A program made the position numbers and the translations under genes. From assembly GCA_964416745.1 (NCBI GenBank), contig CAYQEV010000003.1, positions 1 to 56,820 of the forward strand: a stretch of 56,820 nt of DNA, in the 5' to 3' direction. The notes under the pieces are model-generated. The model had not been told where the DNA came from. It saw only the letters and a list, made by a program, of their open reading frames with translations, and did no database searches. Shown piece after piece: positions 9,193 through 19,800 of this stretch; position 1 is the stretch's first letter; each line of letters starts with the position of its first letter. This DNA is from an uncultured Woeseia sp. Its GTDB lineage: Bacteria > Pseudomonadota > Gammaproteobacteria > Steroidobacterales > UBA11654.

Positions 9193-11157
9193 ATGAGCGA
9201 AAAAACCATAGACTCTATATTAGAGGAGAGGCGCCGATTTTCTCCATCGGAATCTTTTAGTAAGGATGCAAATATAAAGAAACCTGAACTCGATGAGCTG
9301 AGGCGCCATGCTGAAGAAGACTATGAAGGTTATTGGGCAAAATTAGCACAAGATAACCTTCATTGGTTCAAGGATTTTTCTACCGTCTTAGATGATAGAA
9401 AAGCACCTAATTATCAATGGTTTACTGATGGTGAGGTTAACGTCTCATATAATTGCCTTGATCTGAACGCACAAAGATCTCCAAACAAAATAGCAATTAT
9501 TTTTGAGGCTGAAAACGGAGAGACAAAAAACATTACATATCAAGAGCTACTTGATGAGGTCTCTAGATTTTCAAATGGCTTGTTAACTCTAGGAGTTAAA
9601 CCCTTAGATAGGGTTATTATATATATGCCCATGGTGCCCGAGGCAGTTATAGCAATGCAGGCGTGTGCACGGATTGGTGCAGTGCACTCAGTAGTTTTTG
9701 GTGGTTTTTCATCAAACGCACTCAAGGATCGTATCGAAGATGCTGCAGCAAAACTTGTCATTACCGCTGATGGAGCTTTTCGTGGAGGCAACATAATTCC
9801 CTTAAAGGACTCTACTGATAAAGCATTGGAAGGTTGGGAGGCGCCTATTGAAAATGTGGTGGTGTTTCAAAGAACAGGCGAACCCATCAACATGGTTAAT
9901 AAAAGAGATATATGGTGGCACGATCTGATCAAAGACCAAAAAAGAGAGTCAAAAGCTATAGCATTAAGTTCAGAACACCCTTTGTTTATTCTTTATACCT
10001 CAGGCTCAACAGGAAAACCAAAAGGGATACAACATTCGTCAGGCGGCTATTTATTACATGCAAAAACCACGTTCCAATGGATTTTTGACATCAAAGATTC
10101 CGATGTTTTTTGGTGTACAGCCGATGTGGGTTGGATTACGGGCCATACTTATGTTGCTTACGGACCACTAGCAGCCGGAGCGACCATTTTAATTTATGAA
10201 GGAGCCCCCACTTATCCTCACCCAGGAAGGTTTTGGGAGGTCTGTGAGCGACATAATGTCACACTATTTTATACTGCACCAACTGCAATAAGAGCATTAA
10301 TGAAATTGGGAGATGATATTCCAAATAACTATGATTTATCTGCACTTAGGCTACTAGGAACTGTTGGTGAGCCCATTAACCCAGAAGCATGGATGTGGTA
10401 TCACACAGTAATTGGTAAAGAAGAGTGTCCAATCGTAGACACTTGGTGGCAAACCGAAACAGGAGCAGCCATGATTAGTCCTTTGCCAGGAGTAATCTCA
10501 ACCAAACCGGGTTCATGCACACAGCCTTTACCAGGAATTATGATGGATATTGTTGATGACACAGGAAACACAGTTAACCAACCTAATAAAGGTGGTTATT
10601 TGGTTATAACAAAACCATGGCCCTCTATGTTAAGAACAATTTGGGGTGATAATGATCGATACATCGAAACATATTGGGAAAAATTTAACCATAAATTCTA
10701 TGTTGCTGGAGACAGTGCCAACCAAGACGAAGATAAGTTTTTTTGGATTATGGGGAGAATAGATGATGTCTTAAACGTTTCAGGGCATCGCCTAGGAACG
10801 ATGGAAGTAGAGTCTGCGTTGGTTGCACACCCCAATGTTGCTGAGGCTGCGGTGGTGGGAAAACCACATGAAGTGAAAGGAGAAGGAATCTTTGCTTTTG
10901 TTGTCACCAAAGGAGAGCGACCCACCGAAGACACAGAACCTAATGTGACAAAAGAGCTAAGGGACTGGGTTGCTGAGCAAGTTGGACCCATTGCAAAACC
11001 AGATGATATAAGATATTCAGATAACCTTCCTAAGACCAGATCAGGAAAAATTATGAGGCGCCTACTTAGAGCAATCGCAAGAGGTGAGGAGATTACCCAA
11101 GACACCTCAACACTTGAAGATGAGGGCGTGATTAAACAACTTCAGGGAATGGATTAA
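9193..11157 (+). CDS. acs: Acetyl-CoA synthetase
   Basis: 654 aa. AMP-binding motif YTSGSTGKPKG, WWQTETG, and C-terminal PKTRSGKIMRR with the acetylatable Lys context typical of Acs. Confidence 0.95.
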   Translation: MSEKTIDSILEERRRFSPSESFSKDANIKKPELDELRRHAEEDYEGYWAKLAQDNLHWFKDFSTVLDDRKAPNYQWFTDGEVNVSYNCLDLNAQRSPNKIAIIFEAENGETKNITYQELLDEVSRFSNGLLTLGVKPLDRVIIYMPMVPEAVIAMQACARIGAVHSVVFGGFSSNALKDRIEDAAAKLVITADGAFRGGNIIPLKDSTDKALEGWEAPIENVVVFQRTGEPINMVNKRDIWWHDLIKDQKRESKAIALSSEHPLFILYTSGSTGKPKGIQHSSGGYLLHAKTTFQWIFDIKDSDVFWCTADVGWITGHTYVAYGPLAAGATILIYEGAPTYPHPGRFWEVCERHNVTLFYTAPTAIRALMKLGDDIPNNYDLSALRLLGTVGEPINPEAWMWYHTVIGKEECPIVDTWWQTETGAAMISPLPGVISTKPGSCTQPLPGIMMDIVDDTGNTVNQPNKGGYLVITKPWPSMLRTIWGDNDRYIETYWEKFNHKFYVAGDSANQDEDKFFWIMGRIDDVLNVSGHRLGTMEVESALVAHPNVAEAAVVGKPHEVKGEGIFAFVVTKGERPTEDTEPNVTKELRDWVAEQVGPIAKPDDIRYSDNLPKTRSGKIMRRLLRAIARGEEITQDTSTLEDEGVIKQLQGMD

Positions 11158-11158
11158 T

Positions 11159-12514
11159 TTAAGCTATATTTTGATTTGATAATTGTTTAAACAGTAACCT
11201 ATACCATATTATTCCAGCTATCCCAGCAAGGATATTTGCAACCACTTGAGCCACAAAAACTCCTCTTATGCCCATTAATGAAGCAAACCAATAAGCCATT
11301 GGAACATAAACAATTAATGTTCTAGCAATTGAAATTGTCATGGCTGGCATAGGTTTACCAAAAGCATTGAATGAACCATTACAAATTGCAGCTAGACCAA
11401 GAAAGCCATAACCCCATGGGCAATAAAGCAATTGAATTTTAGCTATTTTAATAACCTCAGGGTCAGAGGTAAAAAAACCTAAGAAAAATTCAGCAGAGAG
11501 ATATAAAAATATAATACAAAATAATGAATACACCAATATGAATCTCGCAGAGAATTTAAACCCTTCTTCTAAACGGTCAAATCTTTTGGCCCCAAAGTTT
11601 TGCCCAACATAGGGAGACATTGCTCCCCCAAGGGCCATTAAGATAACAATAATAAAAGCCTCTAACCGGCCCGCTAACCCATAAGCTGCCACAGCTGCTT
11701 GGCCATAACTGCTTATAAGTGCCGTAACTAGAGCAGTTGATAGTGGAGCAATAAGGTTACTGGCTATAGCTGGCAAACCAACATGAAGAATTTTTTTCCA
11801 AGACTCAACAATCGATTTCAAACTATGGTTAGCAAATTGTATTAAGTTGTCTCTAAAAATAAGAATACATAATGCTGCTATTAAAAATACAACGTTAGAA
11901 AGAACACTTGCCAGTGCTGCACCTTTAACACCCATTGCAGGCAAACCAAACCACCCAAATATTAGTATCGGGTCCAATACAGCATTAATAATGGCTGAAG
12001 AAGCCATTAAAACAGAAGGTGTTTTTGCATCACCGGCTGCTCTCATTACAGAGTTACCTATCATAGGAACTGCCATAAAAAGTCCACCCCAATAGTAGAC
12101 CTCCATATACTCCTTTACATAAGGCATGGTTTCTTCGTTGGCTCCTAATAACCCAAAAACCAAATCAATTGATGACAAACCAATGGCTATTACAATAACC
12201 CCTACAACGATAGACAGAATCATTGCATGGGTTGCGATCTCTTTAACAATCTCTTTGTTTCCTGATCCAATGGCTCTTGAAGCTAAAGAGGAGGTGCCAA
12301 CACCTAAACCCATTACAATGCCGCCTAGAACAAACCAAACAGGAAAAGCATAACTCACAGCAGCTAATTGAGCATAACCCAATTGACCTATGAAATAAGC
12401 GTCAACCAGTCCATTGCCAATAATAACAATTAAACCAATAACCATTGGCGTCATCATTGAAATTATTGCCTTTGAAGGAGGACCTTTAGTGAGTTTAGGG
12501 GTGTCGTCTTGCAT
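11159..12514 (-). CDS. MATE family efflux transporter
   Basis: 451 aa, ~12 TM segments, NorM/DinF-like layout. Its stop codon lies 1 nt from the acs stop. Confidence 0.85.
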   Translation of the reverse strand: MQDDTPKLTKGPPSKAIISMMTPMVIGLIVIIGNGLVDAYFIGQLGYAQLAAVSYAFPVWFVLGGIVMGLGVGTSSLASRAIGSGNKEIVKEIATHAMILSIVVGVIVIAIGLSSIDLVFGLLGANEETMPYVKEYMEVYYWGGLFMAVPMIGNSVMRAAGDAKTPSVLMASSAIINAVLDPILIFGWFGLPAMGVKGAALASVLSNVVFLIAALCILIFRDNLIQFANHSLKSIVESWKKILHVGLPAIASNLIAPLSTALVTALISSYGQAAVAAYGLAGRLEAFIIVILMALGGAMSPYVGQNFGAKRFDRLEEGFKFSARFILVYSLFCIIFLYLSAEFFLGFFTSDPEVIKIAKIQLLYCPWGYGFLGLAAICNGSFNAFGKPMPAMTISIARTLIVYVPMAYWFASLMGIRGVFVAQVVANILAGIAGIIWYRLLFKQLSNQNIA

Positions 12515-12565
12515 AGAGGTGATTTTAGTATTGCTGAATAATACAGGGGAGAATAATAATTACAA

Positions 12566-14029
12566 TTATTCTTCTATGCCAGCTAGAGAGATATATTTTA
12601 TTTCTAAATAATCATCTATTCCGTATTTTGAACCTTCTCTACCCATGCCTGATTCTTTAACACCGCCAAAGGGAGCCATTTCAGTAGAAATAATTCCTGT
12701 GTTTAGGCCAACTATTCCATATTCAAGCTGCTCAGAAACCCTCCAGCTTTTTGCTAAATCACTGGTGTAGAAGTATGAGGCCAGGCCAAAAGGTGTGTTG
12801 TTTGCCCTCTCTATCACTTCCTCTTCTGTTGAAAACGAAAATAAAGGTGCGACTGGCCCAAATGTTTCCTCGTATGACACGAGCATTTCATCATTAGCAT
12901 TCTTGATAACAGTAGGCTCATAGAACAAACCTCCAAGCTCATGAGGTTGACCACCTAGAATAATTTCTCCCCCATGATTTTTTGCGTCTGCAACATGCTC
13001 TTCAACTTTGGCTAAAGCAGCTTTATCAATAAGAGGACCTTGATCTGCTACAGGATCAAAACCTTGGCCTGTCTGGAGTTTTCCAGCTTCTTTGGCAAAC
13101 CCTTCAGAAAACTCTTCATAAACATCTTGATGGACATATATTCGATTAGCACAAACACAAGTCTGACCAGCGTTTCTATATTTTGCTGCAATTGCTCCTG
13201 CAATAGCAGCTTTTATATCCGCATCTTCAAAAACGATAAATGGAGCGTGTCCCCCTAACTCCATAGACACTCTTTTCACTGTGTTTGCACACTCTTTTAG
13301 AAGCATTTTTCCTATCTCAGTTGACCCAGTAAATGTCAGTTTGCGGACCAGATCACTGTCAGTTAATGCTTTGCCAATGGTTTGAGCATTTCCGGTTAAT
13401 ACATTCAACAACCCTTTGGGCAAGCCTGCTTCTTCCGCTAAATAGGCAAAGGCCAGCGCTGAAAAAGGAGTCTGTTTTGCTGGTTTGCACACAAGCGAAC
13501 AACCTGTTGCGAGCGCAGGACCAACTTTTCTTGCCAGCATTGCTGAGGGAAAATTCCAAGGTGTGATTGAAGCCACAACCCCAACAGGTTGTTTGATAAC
13601 CAAGGTTCTTCTGTCATGCATATGGCCTGGTATTACATCTCCGTAAATACGCTTTGCTTCCTCTGAAAACCATTCGATAAATGATGCTGAATATGCAATT
13701 TCTCCTAAAGCTTCTGCTAGAGGCTTGCCTTGTTCATAGGTAAGAATTTTTGCTAAATCATCCTGATTTGAGCAAAGTAGATTATAAAAATCTCTTAGAA
13801 TGGAAGCTTTTTCTTTTGCAGGATATTTTTGCCACTTTTTTTGTGCTTCTGCAGCGGCATTTATTGCAACATTGGTTTCTGTTGCGCCACAATTTGGAAC
13901 GCGGCCTATGATTTCTTGGTTAACTGGATTAAGGACATCCAAAGTTGAGTTATCATCAGCATCAACCCATTGACCATTGATGTATGCTTTTTCTATAAAC
14001 AAACTCTGATTTTTTATTTCAAGTTTCAT
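12566..14029 (-). CDS. gabD: Succinate-semialdehyde dehydrogenase (NAD(P)+)
   Basis: 487 aa. Near-collinear with E. coli GabD as remembered: ITPWNFPSAM, FTGSTEIGK, ELGGHAPFIVF, catalytic-Cys context NAGQTCVCANR, EETFGPVAPL. Confidence 0.92.
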   Translation of the reverse strand: MKLEIKNQSLFIEKAYINGQWVDADDNSTLDVLNPVNQEIIGRVPNCGATETNVAINAAAEAQKKWQKYPAKEKASILRDFYNLLCSNQDDLAKILTYEQGKPLAEALGEIAYSASFIEWFSEEAKRIYGDVIPGHMHDRRTLVIKQPVGVVASITPWNFPSAMLARKVGPALATGCSLVCKPAKQTPFSALAFAYLAEEAGLPKGLLNVLTGNAQTIGKALTDSDLVRKLTFTGSTEIGKMLLKECANTVKRVSMELGGHAPFIVFEDADIKAAIAGAIAAKYRNAGQTCVCANRIYVHQDVYEEFSEGFAKEAGKLQTGQGFDPVADQGPLIDKAALAKVEEHVADAKNHGGEIILGGQPHELGGLFYEPTVIKNANDEMLVSYEETFGPVAPLFSFSTEEEVIERANNTPFGLASYFYTSDLAKSWRVSEQLEYGIVGLNTGIISTEMAPFGGVKESGMGREGSKYGIDDYLEIKYISLAGIEE

Positions 14030-14069
14030 TAACCTCGTTTGATTTATAAATTGTCAGTACCCAAAAAAA

Positions 14070-14897
14070 TTAACCCCCGGTTCTGAATCTCTCCATTACT
14101 TCAGGATCCATGCCAACAGATTTAGCTAATTCAGTAAATAGTTCAGCGGTCACAACACTCGCATTATTTTCTTGGGTAAATTCTTCTGTGTTTTCTATCA
14201 CCATTTTTCTTAGTGGTGGCGGTACGTTCATTAACATTTTCATTGCCTCTTTATCCCAATCCATCGCCGTCACTGCATCCGCGCCTTGCATAGCATTTTT
14301 GGGCTGCCCAAGAGTATGTTGAGTAAGGTTTTCACCAACAGTTCCATGATAATACACTTGTCTTGCCTCATCTCCCATTCCAATAGGAAGATTCATAGTA
14401 CGGATTCTTTCTTCTCTTCCCATGTCGACCAATTTTTCATCAACGACTATTGCCTCTATGGTGCCGATTACAATACCGGTGCTTTTTTCTAATTTAATTA
14501 TTTCATCCACAGTGCACTCTGCTATTTGTGGACACTCTTTAAGACTCGGTGGTTTAACCTTTTTTGAAGGGATTGATGTAAAGCTCGTAAACTCTAACTC
14601 ATTAACACCCTCGGGGTAGAACTTAGCGGTTTCCATCATGTCGTCTAGATGAGAAGCACTAGGACAGTTCACAACAAATTCACCTGTGTCACAAATGTTC
14701 ACAAAAGTATGAGAGTCTTGCCTAAAACCCACAATCATTCTGGGGTTTTTAGTCATCACATCGTATTGCATTATATGAGAATAGGGACCTGCGTTTACCG
14801 TGCCTTCTTTGTCTAATGTGGTAATGATTGTTATGAGTTTAGGCCAAAGCCAAATATCTGAATACCAAAAAGGCTTAATTTTTATTTCTGTTTTCAT
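14070..14897 (-). CDS. Flavin reductase-like FMN-binding domain fused to a C-terminal PCP_red-like domain
   Basis: 275 aa. The N-terminal ~190 aa has the flavin-reductase pattern (IITTLDKEGTVNAGPYS..TGEFVVNCPS). The C-terminal ~60 aa (WDKEAMKMLMNVPPPLRKMVIENTEEFTQENNASVVTAELF) matches the pattern of the protochlorophyllide reductase B C-terminal domain (PF08369) as I remember it. Confidence 0.7.
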   Translation of the reverse strand: MKTEIKIKPFWYSDIWLWPKLITIITTLDKEGTVNAGPYSHIMQYDVMTKNPRMIVGFRQDSHTFVNICDTGEFVVNCPSASHLDDMMETAKFYPEGVNELEFTSFTSIPSKKVKPPSLKECPQIAECTVDEIIKLEKSTGIVIGTIEAIVVDEKLVDMGREERIRTMNLPIGMGDEARQVYYHGTVGENLTQHTLGQPKNAMQGADAVTAMDWDKEAMKMLMNVPPPLRKMVIENTEEFTQENNASVVTAELFTELAKSVGMDPEVMERFRTGG

Positions 14898-14910
14898 TTT
14901 TTATAATAAT

Positions 14911-16605
14911 TTAATTGTTAGTATTAAACTCCCCTCTATTAAGTTTTGTTATATAGGCTTTGTATTCTTTCATTGCTTGATGTCCGAATAACCAGATTAT
15001 TGGTAGGTTAGCAATAATACAAAAACCAGTCCCTAAATTTGCAAACATATTTAGTTCTGCGTCAGTCTCAATAAAACCTGATGTTGCTAATACAGCAAGA
15101 GCACAAAACCCAATTTTATATAAAATAACCCCTTTTTCTCCAACAAGAAACACCACTCCTTTTTCACCGTAATAACTCCAAGAGATCATAGTTGAAATAG
15201 CGAATAACCAAGAAGCGAGTGTTACTAGCCATTTACCTAGTCCGGGCACTACCTTATCAAAAGCTGCAGCAGTAAGCGTTGCGCCAACATAATCTATATA
15301 AACAGATCTGTCCTTTAACTCAGGTGTTTCTGGGGAAGCAGGTGAGTCTAGGAAAGATATTTCGTCCCACTCCACAGTGTTGTTTTCCTCAACTGTGCCG
15401 TACACTTTTTTAAAGTTATTGCCTGACTCAGGATTAAAGCGTCCCCTGTAGATCGTAAACACCCTCTGACCTTCATCTATAGATGAATCAATATTGGTTG
15501 ACAATTGCCAGGTCGTTTTTGTGTCAGGAGCCTCCGTAACTTCTTCAGTCGTTTGAACGAAGTTGTAATCAGTGATAACGGACTCAGCTGGACGATTCCA
15601 GACCCCAGTAACCAAGATGACAAGAGCACTCATTGTGCACACTACAATAGTGTCTATAAAAGGTTCCAGACCTGCGACAACCCCTTCTCTAATTGGCTCA
15701 TCAGTTTTTGCAGCAGAGTGGGCAATAGCAGATGAGCCTTGGCCTGCTTCATTTGAAAACAATGCTCTTTGCATGCCATACATAAAAGCATAACCTGCTG
15801 TACCACCAAGAAAAGCATTGCTTGATTCTAGCGGCGAGAAAGCTGAGGTTACTATCAAAGCTAACATTTTGGGTATGCTTTCAATGTTAATCAACAGAAC
15901 AAATATGCAAGCAACTACATACAGAACCAACATAAAAGGAACAAGCTTTGATGTTACAGCTCCAATTCGCTTAATTCCGCCGATGATAACCGCACCAACC
16001 ACAATAGCTAAGATCAGCCCTGTAATCATAGTTGGAACGCCAAAATACGATTGTGTTAGGTTTGCTACATTCCAAGCTTGAAACATATTCCCAGCTGTAA
16101 TTGTATTAACTATTAAAGCTATACAAAAAACGCCGGCAATTAATTTACCAATATACTTAAGGACAGGACCCTTGTTCGACAAGTTTCTTTCAACCACCCA
16201 CATAGGACCACCGCTTGGATTGTCACTATCTGAAGTGTCTCTATGGATCATAGCCAATGAAACCTCAGTCAGTTTAATAGCCATCCCTAAAAAACCAACC
16301 ACCCACATCCAAAACACAGCACCAGGCCCACCCAATGAGATTGCCAGAGCTACCCCACCAATATTTCCCAGGCCTACTGTTGCCGACAAAGCTGTTGATA
16401 GAGCTTGGAAATGTGTAATCGCACCTGGATCATCTTGTTTGTCAAAATCACCCCTAATGGTCTTAACTCCATGGGTTAAAGCATAGTATTGTGAAAAACC
16501 ACTCCATAAGGTAAAAACTACCCCTGTGAGTAACAGCGCGTATAACGTGTAATCATTCCAAAGTATTGCGTTGATGGTTTCAATCAACAGTTTAAATTCC
16601 ACCAT
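14911..16605 (-). CDS. Sodium:alanine (alanine/glycine:cation) symporter family transporter with a ~100-aa extra loop
   Basis: 564 aa. AGCS signatures GLGNIGGVALAISLGGPGAVFWMW and FSNEAGQGSSAIAHSAA. Hydrophilic insert at about aa 337-438. Confidence 0.88.
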   Translation of the reverse strand: MVEFKLLIETINAILWNDYTLYALLLTGVVFTLWSGFSQYYALTHGVKTIRGDFDKQDDPGAITHFQALSTALSATVGLGNIGGVALAISLGGPGAVFWMWVVGFLGMAIKLTEVSLAMIHRDTSDSDNPSGGPMWVVERNLSNKGPVLKYIGKLIAGVFCIALIVNTITAGNMFQAWNVANLTQSYFGVPTMITGLILAIVVGAVIIGGIKRIGAVTSKLVPFMLVLYVVACIFVLLINIESIPKMLALIVTSAFSPLESSNAFLGGTAGYAFMYGMQRALFSNEAGQGSSAIAHSAAKTDEPIREGVVAGLEPFIDTIVVCTMSALVILVTGVWNRPAESVITDYNFVQTTEEVTEAPDTKTTWQLSTNIDSSIDEGQRVFTIYRGRFNPESGNNFKKVYGTVEENNTVEWDEISFLDSPASPETPELKDRSVYIDYVGATLTAAAFDKVVPGLGKWLVTLASWLFAISTMISWSYYGEKGVVFLVGEKGVILYKIGFCALAVLATSGFIETDAELNMFANLGTGFCIIANLPIIWLFGHQAMKEYKAYITKLNRGEFNTNN

Positions 16606-16826
16606 ATTTTTCCTTATTTATTTCTTTTAGTAATATTCGAGTATTGAGTATGTACATAGAACAATAGCAATGACTCCATATAATACCGGTGCTAGCAGAA
16701 AAATTAATCAAAAATTGCTATAATCTACTTTTATCGGTTTCCAGCATACTCTTTTATGCCATTGACTGGTTGAGGCCAACAGATTTCTCGATAAAAAATT
16801 TTAACAAATAAACAAAATATAAACTT

Positions 16827-19800
16827 ATGTCTTTTAGACCAAAACTAAAGGTTGGATTGTACGATGCTCAGTTTGAGCATGATAGTTGTGGGGTTGGTTT
16901 TGTTGCTGATATCAAGGGTATAGAGAGCAGGCAAATAGTAAAAGATGCCCTTACTATTCTCTGTAACATGGACCACAGGGGAGCCAGAGGCGCTGAAGCA
17001 AATACTGGTGACGGAGCAGGAATTATCACAGGCATCCCTCATCAATTTTTTAAGAACATTGCGTCAGATTTATTTGACCGTGTTGTATTGAAAAAAGACA
17101 CATACGCAGTAGGAAATATTTTTCTACCAAAAGATAAAAAAGAACAAAGTTATTGTAGGGATTATTTTAAAAAAATCTGCCAGCAAAATGACCTAAAGCT
17201 ATTAGGGTGGAGACAGGTGCCATTTGATATTGAAGGCTCAAATATAGGCCCATCAGCCATACAAGCAATGCCTATTATCGAACAAGTGTTTATTCAAAAC
17301 ACTATAAATATTGACGATCAAGAGAGTTTTGAAAGAAGGCTTTATTTAGCTAGAAAAAAAGCCAGTAACGATCTTAGGAATGACGAAGCTTTAAAAGGTT
17401 CAAGCCTCTTCTATATTAACAGTCTGTCATCTAAAACAATTGTTTATAAAGGCATGTTAACTTGTAACCAATTAGCAGCGTTTTATCTTGATCTTAGTGC
17501 TGAGGAGTTTGAGTCACATCTAGCCATGGTTCACTCCAGATTCTCAACTAACACATTTCCAAGTTGGGATCGAGCGATGCCAAACAGGATGATGTCTCAT
17601 AATGGTGAAATTAATACCATTAAAGGGAATATTAATTGGATGAGAGCAAGAGAAGGCAATATTGAGTCCGATATTTATGGTGAAAAAATCAAAGAACTGT
17701 TCCCTGTGATAGAGAAGGACTGCTCAGACTCTGGTAATTTTGATAATGTCCTAGAGTTTCTAACGATGACAGGAAGAAGCCTGGAAGAGTCAGTTTTAAT
17801 GATGGTGCCGGAGGCATGGCAAAACAAGAAAACATTGTCCAAAGATAGAAAGGCATATTACGCGTTTACTTCTAATTTAATGGAACCATGGGATGGGCCA
17901 GCATCAATTACATTTACTAATGGAGATGTTGTCGGGGCGGTTCTTGATAGAAACGGGCTAAGACCTAGTCGTTATTATATAACTAAAGATAATAAGGTGA
18001 TTATGGCCAGTGAGGTAGGTGTCTTACCAATCTCTGATGACAACATTTTGATTAAAGGAAGGTTAGCACCTGGAAAAATATTTCTCATTGATTTTAAAAA
18101 AGGCCAAGTGCTTTCAGATGATGAGGTAAAAGAACCTCTAATAAATGCCAAACCATATAGAGAGTGGTTACACGATAACCGACTAATTTTTAGAAAAATA
18201 AAACAATCAAGATCAGACCCTTCGTTTTCATTGGAAGAGCTTACTCGAAGAATGAGAGCCTTTGGTTATACCTCAGAAACTCTAGAGTTTATGCTGTTAC
18301 CTATGGTGCATGACTTAAGGGACCCTTTAGGGTCAATGGGTAATGACTCTGCTTTGGCTGTTTTAAGCGACAAACAACGCATGCTGTATGATTATTTTAA
18401 ACAATTATTTGCTCAAGTCTCAAACCCCGCAATTGACTCCATAAGAGAAAAAATCATAATGTCTCTGGAGTGTTATATTGGCCCAGAAAAAAACATACTA
18501 AACCCTGGAGAAGGCCATGCACATCGATTATTAGTTGATCATCCGATTCTAACCAGTACCGCCCTGTATGCCTTGAAGCATCTTGATCATGAGGGCCACA
18601 AAAGTAAAGTAATAGATATAACCTTTAATATTTCTGACTCGTCAACAGAAGATTTAAAAACTGCTGTTAACAGGGTTTGTCAGCAAGCAGAAGAAGCTGT
18701 TGATAATGGTGTGGGCTTCTTGGTTCTTTCAGACAGAAGCGTTAATCATGAATTTGCAGCTATAAGTAGTTTAATGGCTTGTGGTGCCGTTCATCATCAC
18801 TTAACTAAGGTGGCAAAACGAACAAAAACAGCGATTATAATTGAAACAGCTGAGGCCAGGGAGGTTCACCATTTTTGTCTCCTCTTTGGTTATGGGGCAG
18901 ACGCTATCAACCCTTATTTAGCCTATGAAACACTCATTCATGCAAAAGATGAAGGCTTAATCAAACACGCTCACCATCGTCGTGGCAAGGAAAATAGAAT
19001 TTTATTGGATAGTAACGAAGAAGTTATCGACGCTTATCGCCAAGCCGTTATTAAAGGCGTGCTTAAGGTGATGGGTAAAATGGGAATATCCACCCTTCAG
19101 TCTTATAAAGGAGCACAAATTTTTGAAGCCCTTGGTTTAGCTCAAGAGGTAATTGACCTATGTTTTGCTGGCACAACAAATCGGATAGAGGGTGCCGATT
19201 TTGCATTATTAGAAAAAGAAGTAAAGCAACGACATAGTCTTGGTTGGCCACAAGACACTAATTCAAATATAGATAACCTTCCAAATCCTGGGGAATTTCA
19301 TTGGAGAAGCCAAGGAGAAAAGAAAGCTTGGGACCCAGAAACCGTTTGGTCGTTACAATATGCTGCACGTAAAAATGATAAAAACGCTTACCAACAATTT
19401 GCATCTAATGCTAACCGCACAGCTGAAGAGTCATTATCTCTAAGGGGACTACTAGGATTTAATACCTCTAAGAATAAAAATATAGATATCAAAAATGTAG
19501 AGCCTGCAAGCCAAATTATTCAACGTTTTTGCACCGGGGCCATGAGCTTCGGCTCTATCTCATCAGAAGCACATGAAACACTAGCTATTGCTATGAATAG
19601 AATAGGTGGGAGAAGCAATAGTGGAGAAGGAGGTGAAGACCCAGAGCGCTTCAAGCCGATGAAGAACGGTGACTCTAAATCCTCAGCGATTAAACAAATT
19701 GCTTCTGGCCGTTTTGGTGTTACAGCTAATTACATTGCCAATGCAAAACAACTACAAATCAAGATTGCACAAGGTGCAAAACCAGGCGAAGGTGGAGAGC

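Noticed and set aside
16606-16826. Possible glycine riboswitch or other leader RNA upstream of the Na:alanine/glycine symporter or gltB
   Set aside because: I read both strands and found no GGAGAG...CACCG-type glycine-riboswitch cores, only trivial 4-5 bp stems. A possible extended -10 (TGCTATAAT, 16716-16724) facing gltB is too weak to report as a feature.
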